A stretch of DNA of 64,000 nucleotides from Polaromonas sp. GTDB taxonomy: Bacteria; Pseudomonadota; Gammaproteobacteria; Burkholderiales; Burkholderiaceae_C. The notes below the pieces were generated by a model, which did not search any database, was not told where the DNA came from, and worked only from the letters and a program-made list of their open reading frames with translations. This document shows, piece after piece, positions 59,048 to 64,000 of the stretch (position 1 is its first letter; the number at the start of each line of letters is the position of its first letter). The translations under genes were made by a program, and so were the position numbers. The stretch lies in NCBI GenBank assembly GCA_031431335.1, contig JANPDG010000143.1:608-64607 (forward strand). The letters run 5' to 3'.

Positions 59048-60643
59048 ATGGTGATGGAAAATTTTGCCCCGATCATGTTCGCGGGTCTTGTGGTGATCAT
59101 GCTGATAGGTTTTCCGGTGGCGTTTTCGCTTGCGGCACTGGGCTTGGGCTGCGGCTTCTTTGCTATTCAGATGGGCTGGTTTCCGGCTGCATATTTGAGT
59201 AACTTGCCCCTGGCCTTGTTTTCTATTTTGTCTAACGAGCTGCTGCTGGCGATTCCGTTTTTTACCTTCATGGGGACGATCTTAGAAAAATGCGGCTTGG
59301 CTGAAGACATGCTCGATTCAATGGGCCAGCTGTTTGGCCCTATGAAAGGCGGCTTAGGCTACTCGGTCATTATTGTGGGCTTTATCTTGGGTGCTATTAC
59401 CGGCACGGTTGCAGGCCAAGTGATCGCTATGGCGCTGATTTCGCTGCCTGTGATGATGCGCTACGGCTACAACATGCGCTACGCGACCGGCGTGTTGGCG
59501 GCTTCGGGCACCATCACCCAGCTTGTGCCTCCATCATTGGTGTTGGTGGTTCTGGCTGACCAGTTGGGCAGGCCCGTGGGCGACATGTACAAAGGCGCTT
59601 GGGGACCTTCGATTTTGCAAGTCCTGTTTTTTGCAGCCTACACATTCGCGCTGACCTTGGCCAAGCCAGACTACCTGCCGGGCGTGCCTAAAACAGAGCG
59701 AACGCTCAATGGTTGGGCGCTGTGGTCAAAATGCCTGCGCGGTATTATTCCATCGGCTATTTTGATCTTCACTGTGCTGGGTTCGATGGGTGGTTTGCCA
59801 TTCCAAAAGACAGCTATTGCCACGCCGACAGAAGCTGGCGCGATGGGCGTGGTGGGCGCACTCGTTTTAGCGGCTATGTACAAACGCCTGTCCAAGGCTT
59901 TGCTCTGGGACGCTATGGTCGGCACGATGAGACTGACCGCCATGGTGGTGTTTATCCTGATCGGCTCGCGCGTGTTCAGCCAAGTGTTCCAAGGGGTGGA
60001 TGGCGCTAAATGGGTAGAGCATTTACTCACCGGTTTGCCAGGCGGCCAAGTGGGCTTCTTGATTGTGGTGAACGTGTTTGTGTTCTTCTTAGCGTTCTTC
60101 TTGGACTTCTTTGAAATCGCCTTCATTATTGTGCCCATGCTCGCACCTGTAGCTGAGAAGCTGGGCATCAACCTGGTGTGGTTTGGCGTGCTGTTGTGCG
60201 TGAACTTGCAAACCAGCTTCATGCACCCGCCATTTGGTTTTGCGCTGTTCTATTTGAGAGGTATATCGGACACGCTGTTCAAAGAAAAGCGTATTCCTGA
60301 AGCAGTTAAATCTAACGATATTTACCTTGGCTCGATCCCGTGGATCATCATGCAGTTGATCTTGGTGGCTGTAGTTATTTTTGTACCAGAGACCGTTACG
60401 GTGTTCTTAGACAAAGAGATCGTGGTCGATGTAGATAAAGTCAAAATCGAGATACCTGCCGATGCAGAGGCTGCCGCTAAAGACCCAGCTTCTGCCCTGA
60501 TGCCTGCTGCATCTTCGCCAGCTACCACAGGCACTGCTGCTGAGAATGCTGCTGCAGATCTGGCTAACAGTGGAACTGCTGCTGACAAAGCAGCGGAAGA
60601 AGAGCAAAAGAAAATGGACGAACTCTTTAAAGAGAAAAAGTAA
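59048..60643 (+). CDS. TRAP transporter large permease with low-complexity C-terminal extension
   Basis: 531-aa DctM-type polytopic core plus an Ala/Glu/Lys-rich tail of about 90 aa. Confidence 0.9.
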   Translation: MVMENFAPIMFAGLVVIMLIGFPVAFSLAALGLGCGFFAIQMGWFPAAYLSNLPLALFSILSNELLLAIPFFTFMGTILEKCGLAEDMLDSMGQLFGPMKGGLGYSVIIVGFILGAITGTVAGQVIAMALISLPVMMRYGYNMRYATGVLAASGTITQLVPPSLVLVVLADQLGRPVGDMYKGAWGPSILQVLFFAAYTFALTLAKPDYLPGVPKTERTLNGWALWSKCLRGIIPSAILIFTVLGSMGGLPFQKTAIATPTEAGAMGVVGALVLAAMYKRLSKALLWDAMVGTMRLTAMVVFILIGSRVFSQVFQGVDGAKWVEHLLTGLPGGQVGFLIVVNVFVFFLAFFLDFFEIAFIIVPMLAPVAEKLGINLVWFGVLLCVNLQTSFMHPPFGFALFYLRGISDTLFKEKRIPEAVKSNDIYLGSIPWIIMQLILVAVVIFVPETVTVFLDKEIVVDVDKVKIEIPADAEAAAKDPASALMPAASSPATTGTAAENAAADLANSGTAADKAAEEEQKKMDELFKEKK

Positions 60644-60715
60644 AGTTTTAGCGCCTCCAATGGTGCGCTGCGAAAGTAAGCTGCGCGCTACACACAGGCC
60701 ATGTTTCATCCTCAC

Positions 60716-60763
60716 AGCCCCTGCAGTTTGCGTCTTAGGCGTAAGTTGTCAGGGGCTTTTTTA
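60716..60763 (+). terminator. Rho-independent terminator
   Basis: AGCCCCTG...CAGGGGCT followed by TTTTTT. Confidence 0.75.
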
Positions 60764-60798
60764 TCTTTTGAGTTGACCTGTTGTATGGGGTGTGCGCT

Positions 60799-61350
60799 AT
60801 GTTAGAGATTCGACCGATGGACCATCTGGGTCCTCCTCCATTCCCGTTTCGTCCGTCGTCCGACCCTTTGGTCAGCCCAGCTTTTTCCATCGTGTTCCGT
60901 GCACTGGCTTTGGTGATTGTGTTGGGCTGCACCTATGGCGTGTGGTCACTGTGGTTTGGTGGGCATTTGACATCGCCCGTTGCAGCCTCGGCACCCGCTG
61001 CGGCTACAGGTGCTGCGTCTGCCAACAGCATGTATGGCTCTGGCCTGATCTGGGCGCTGTCTGCGCTCGCGCTGCTGCTCTACACGCTGTGGTGCATTTT
61101 GACCAGCGTGACCACCTTGACCCACTCCACCATAGAGCAGACTTTTGTCTGGAACAAAAAGCTCGAGCTGCGCGAACTGGCCTACGTCAAGCTGATCCGC
61201 GTGCCTGGGCTGGACTGGTTGATTGCGCCGCGCTTGTACTGCCGTACTTTGTTAGGTAAATTTGCAGTTTTTTATACGGCTGACGCACACATGATTGGGG
61301 AATTTGAGCGCTTGCGTGATGAGTTGAGCGCGTTTCGTAAAGTACGTTAA
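60799..61350 (+). CDS. Hypothetical membrane protein
   Basis: Two or three hydrophobic segments. No recognisable motif. ATG at 60799 preferred over TTG at 60781. Confidence 0.55.
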   Translation: MLEIRPMDHLGPPPFPFRPSSDPLVSPAFSIVFRALALVIVLGCTYGVWSLWFGGHLTSPVAASAPAAATGAASANSMYGSGLIWALSALALLLYTLWCILTSVTTLTHSTIEQTFVWNKKLELRELAYVKLIRVPGLDWLIAPRLYCRTLLGKFAVFYTADAHMIGEFERLRDELSAFRKVR

Positions 61351-61362
61351 GTTGACTTGTTT

Positions 61363-61427
61363 GGTTGATTATTTTGGCATTTTTCCGACGTGGATATTAA
61401 ATAGTTAGCTATTAAAATAATAGTAAC
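61363..61427 (+). repeat. AT-rich ~65-bp interspersed repeat, copy J
   Basis: GGTTGATTATTTTGGCATTTTTCCGACGTGGATATTAAATAGTTAGCTATTAAAATAATAGTAAC. Confidence 0.9.
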
Positions 61428-61511
61428 TCCTAAGAGTTAACAGGGCCGTAAACACCGCCCAGAGGTTTCTCCTGATAAGGCCCTGCGCTTTACGCAGGTA
61501 ACATCAGCACA

Positions 61512-62225
61512 TTGAACACCTTGTTTGAAAGCGCGCTGTCTGCGCTACATCTGATGACATCGGCTGATCCCGCGCTGGTGGCGATTGTGCTGCGCTCGCT
61601 TGCGGTGAGCGCGCTGGCCTGCGCGCTGGCGTGCAGCGTGGGGTTGCTGCTGGGCGCATGGCTGGGCGTGGCCCGGTTTGCAGGGCGGGGCGCGGTGCTG
61701 GCCTTGGTCAACACCCTGCTGGCGTTACCTGCAGTGGTGGTGGGGTTGCTGGTCTACATACTGCTCTCGCGCAGCGGGCCGCTGGGCTTTTTAGGTTGGC
61801 TTTTTTCTTTCAAGGCCATGGTACTGGCCCAAGCAGTGTTGGTGTTGCCGGTGGCTGTTGCGCTGTCTCAGCAAGTGGTGCATGACGCGCAGGCCCAGCA
61901 TGGCGAGCAGCTGCAGTCGATGGGCGCTGGCACGGCGCTGCGCGCGCTGCTGCTGGGCTGGGACGAGCGCTACGCCTTGCTGATGGTGCTGCTCACAGCC
62001 TTTGGTCGCGCCATCTCAGAGGTGGGCGCAGTGATGATTGTGGGCGGTAACATCGACGGTTTTACCCGCGTGATGACCACGGCCATAGCGCTTGAGACCA
62101 GCAAGGGCGATTTGCCTTTGGCGCTCGGGCTAGGCATGGTGTTGCTGCTGATTGTGCTGCTGCTCAATGTGGCCGTGGCCTTAGTCAAGCACTGGCGCGA
62201 GCGCGTAGAAGAGGCTGCTCTATGA
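61512..62225 (+). CDS. tupB: Tungstate-type ABC transporter permease (TupB-like)
   Basis: 237 aa. C-terminal TTAIALETSKGDLPLALGLGMVLL is typical of TupB-like permeases. TTG start. Confidence 0.75.
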   Translation: MNTLFESALSALHLMTSADPALVAIVLRSLAVSALACALACSVGLLLGAWLGVARFAGRGAVLALVNTLLALPAVVVGLLVYILLSRSGPLGFLGWLFSFKAMVLAQAVLVLPVAVALSQQVVHDAQAQHGEQLQSMGAGTALRALLLGWDERYALLMVLLTAFGRAISEVGAVMIVGGNIDGFTRVMTTAIALETSKGDLPLALGLGMVLLLIVLLLNVAVALVKHWRERVEEAAL

Positions 62226-62926
62226 CAACGTTGCGAGCCGGTGTGGTGGTTGAGCTAGACGGCGCAAGTGTGCGTTTTGGCCGCGTGCAGGCTTTGCACA
62301 GCGTGTCGCTGCACATTGAGCGCGGCGAATCGCTTGCCTTGGTGGGCGCGAACGGCAGTGGTAAGAGTACGCTGCTGCGCTTAGCGCATGGCCTGGTCAA
62401 GCCCACCAGCGGCGCAGTGAAACAGGGCACTGATCTACGGCAAGCCTTTGTATTCCAGCGCCCGTTTGTGCTGCGCAGCACGGTGCTGGCCAATGTGGCG
62501 CTGGCCGTTTGGCTGGGCGGCATGCCTTGGGCGCAGGCCAAGGCGCGTGCGTTGCAGGCGCTCAATGAGGTGGACATGCAGGCACTGGCCACGCGCCAAG
62601 CCCGCACTTTGTCGGGCGGGCAACTGCAGCGCTTGGCGTTTGCACGCGCGCTGGCTGTGCAGCCCGAGCTGCTGCTGCTGGACGAACCCACCGCCAGCCT
62701 TGCGCCACAAGCCAAGCGCGATGTAGAGGCGCTGATGGCGCAGTGCACAGCGCGCGGCATGACCCTAATTTTTGCCAGCCATAACCTTGGGCAGGTCAAA
62801 CGCTTGGCTACGCGCGTGGTTTGTTTAGATGCAGGCCGTTTGGTAGCTGACAAACCCACCGCAGAATTCTTCAGTCACAGTCTGCCGCAGCTAGCAGCCC
62901 AGCTAGCAGAAAGTGAGATTTTATGA
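62222..62926 (+). CDS. tupC: ABC transporter ATP-binding protein (TupC-like)
   Basis: GANGSGKSTLLRL, LSGGQLQRLAFARAL and LLLDEPTASL. Start overlaps the permease stop. Confidence 0.85.
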   Translation: MTTLRAGVVVELDGASVRFGRVQALHSVSLHIERGESLALVGANGSGKSTLLRLAHGLVKPTSGAVKQGTDLRQAFVFQRPFVLRSTVLANVALAVWLGGMPWAQAKARALQALNEVDMQALATRQARTLSGGQLQRLAFARALAVQPELLLLDEPTASLAPQAKRDVEALMAQCTARGMTLIFASHNLGQVKRLATRVVCLDAGRLVADKPTAEFFSHSLPQLAAQLAESEIL

Positions 62927-63594
62927 ATACGACACCTGCATGGATGCAATTTTTGCAGCGCGCTATCGCGGCATTAGGGCTGTGCCTACTGGGCTTGCCC
63001 ATGACAGCCAATGCCCAAATCGTCGTGGCATCCACCACTTCGACAGAGCAATCGGGCTTGTTTACATTTTTGCTTCCTGAGTTCAAGCGTGACTCAGGCA
63101 TAGACATCAAAGTGGTGGCTTTGGGTACGGGCCAAGCGATTGACATGGGCCGCAGAGGCGATGCAGATGTTTTGTTTGTTCACGACCAAGTGGCAGAGGA
63201 TAAGTTTGTTGCCGATGGCTTTGGCATTAAACGCTACCCAGTGATGTACAACGATTTCGTTCTGATTGGCCCTGCCAGTGATCCGGTGGGCGTGCGCGGC
63301 AAAGACATTGTGAGCGCCTTGCAAAAGCTGGGCGCAGCGAATGCGGCGTTCGTGTCGCGCGGCGATAAGTCTGGTACCCACGCAGCTGAGCTGCGCTACT
63401 GGGGTATGGCTGCTGGCGTAGACAAAAAAGGCAATGCGTACAAAGAGTGTGGCTGCGGCATGGGCCCTGCGCTTAATATTGCGGCGTCCACCAACGCCTA
63501 CGTGCTGGCCGACCGCGGTACTTGGCTTAATTTTAAAAACCGCGCAGAGTTGGCTATTCTTGTACAAGGCGATAGCAAGCTATTCAACCAATAA
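62923..63594 (+). CDS. tupA: Tungstate-type substrate-binding protein (TupA-like), truncated by an in-frame TAA
   Basis: Signal peptide, TTSTEQSGL and RGDKSGTH anion-binding motifs. Ends ...KLFNQ-TAA where homologues continue. Confidence 0.8.
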   Translation: MNTTPAWMQFLQRAIAALGLCLLGLPMTANAQIVVASTTSTEQSGLFTFLLPEFKRDSGIDIKVVALGTGQAIDMGRRGDADVLFVHDQVAEDKFVADGFGIKRYPVMYNDFVLIGPASDPVGVRGKDIVSALQKLGAANAAFVSRGDKSGTHAAELRYWGMAAGVDKKGNAYKECGCGMGPALNIAASTNAYVLADRGTWLNFKNRAELAILVQGDSKLFNQ

Positions 63595-63750
63595 GGTGTA
63601 ATTGCTGTGAGCCCTGCCAAGCACCCGCATGTTAAAGCAGTGCAGGCGCAAAAGTTTGTCGACTGGATACTCTCTGGCGCCGGACAAACCGCGATTGCCA
63701 GCTATAAAATTGGCGCAGAGCAGCTGTTTTTTCCGAATGCTGCGAAGTAA
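63595..63750 (+). other. In-frame continuation of tupA after the internal stop (C-terminal 51 codons)
   Basis: Same frame reads GVIAVSPAKHPHVKAVQAQKFVDWILSGAGQTAIASYKIGAEQLFFPNAAK-stop, which looks like the normal C-terminus of this binding-protein family. Confidence 0.7.
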
Positions 63751-63812
63751 ATACAAGTAACTCAGCAGACTATGGAATAGACCATCAGGGACTTAAGATT
63801 GTGGAGCAAACA

Positions 63813-64000
63813 ATGCCGACACCGCTTGACCAAGTAGAAGCTCTGCTAGCGCAGCAGCGCCTGGCGCAAGCGCAACTGGGCCAAGCTCTAAAAGCCGCCC
63901 GCACAGAGCAGGAGTCAGGCTACCTTGGTGCGGCGATCACGTTGCCTAGCCCGCATTGGGGCAGTTTCGCGGCCATCGGATTGGCCTTGCTCATGTGCGC
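63813..64000 (+). CDS. Hypothetical protein (5' part; runs off right edge)
   Basis: GTGGAG RBS, then ATG at 63813. MPTPLDQVEALLAQQRLAQAQLGQALKAARTEQESGYLGAAITLPSPHWGSFAAIGLALLMC...; a hydrophobic segment begins at the edge. Confidence 0.5.
   Translation, partial: MPTPLDQVEALLAQQRLAQAQLGQALKAARTEQESGYLGAAITLPSPHWGSFAAIGLALLMC

Noticed and set aside
61428-61511. Calling the tupB leader a Moco/Tuco riboswitch
   Set aside because: The leader is about 85 nt, shorter than the aptamer, and I cannot place the conserved blocks by eye. It is kept only as a low-interest structural observation.

Overview
This is a 64-kb chromosomal window that looks like a GC-rich betaproteobacterium of the Burkholderiales/Comamonadaceae type. 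That placement is an inference from gene content: a Bug/TctC-family binding protein, many TRAP and HAAT-type ABC uptake systems, rpsF-priB-rpsR-rplI, glyA-nrdR, and clpX-lon followed by tRNAs. I call about 60 protein genes, 3 tRNAs (Gly-GCC, Cys-GCA, Leu-UAA), several intrinsic terminators and a few operator-like palindromes. From left to right the window holds: partial ribD; an AT-rich type IV pilus minor-pilin operon (fimT-pilV-pilW-pilX-pilY1-pilE) wedged between ribD and nrdR; glyA; a lytic transglycosylase; clpX and lon (no clpP); tdk; pobA with an IclR regulator; a Rieske dioxygenase plus HAAT ABC cluster with a LysR regulator; mog, yjgA and small enzymes; the S6-PriB-S18-L9 operon; a 3-hydroxybenzoate/gentisate cluster with TRAP and Bug transport genes; a second TRAP system; and a tungstate-type ABC transporter. 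I see no rRNA, CRISPR array, transposase, integrase, prophage or recognisable defence or toxin genes, so I cannot support a claim of a novel multi-gene system here. The unusual signals are mostly non-coding. (1) A dense family of ~65-bp AT-rich interspersed repeats has 11 copies, two of them read through as protein. (2) An 860-bp gene-free gap upstream of clpX contains perfect 21- and 22-bp hairpins. (3) A 35-bp direct repeat brackets an amidohydrolase cassette. (4) An in-frame TAA truncates the tungstate-binding protein gene. All functional calls rest on motif and sequence recognition by eye and on gene context. No database search was run.
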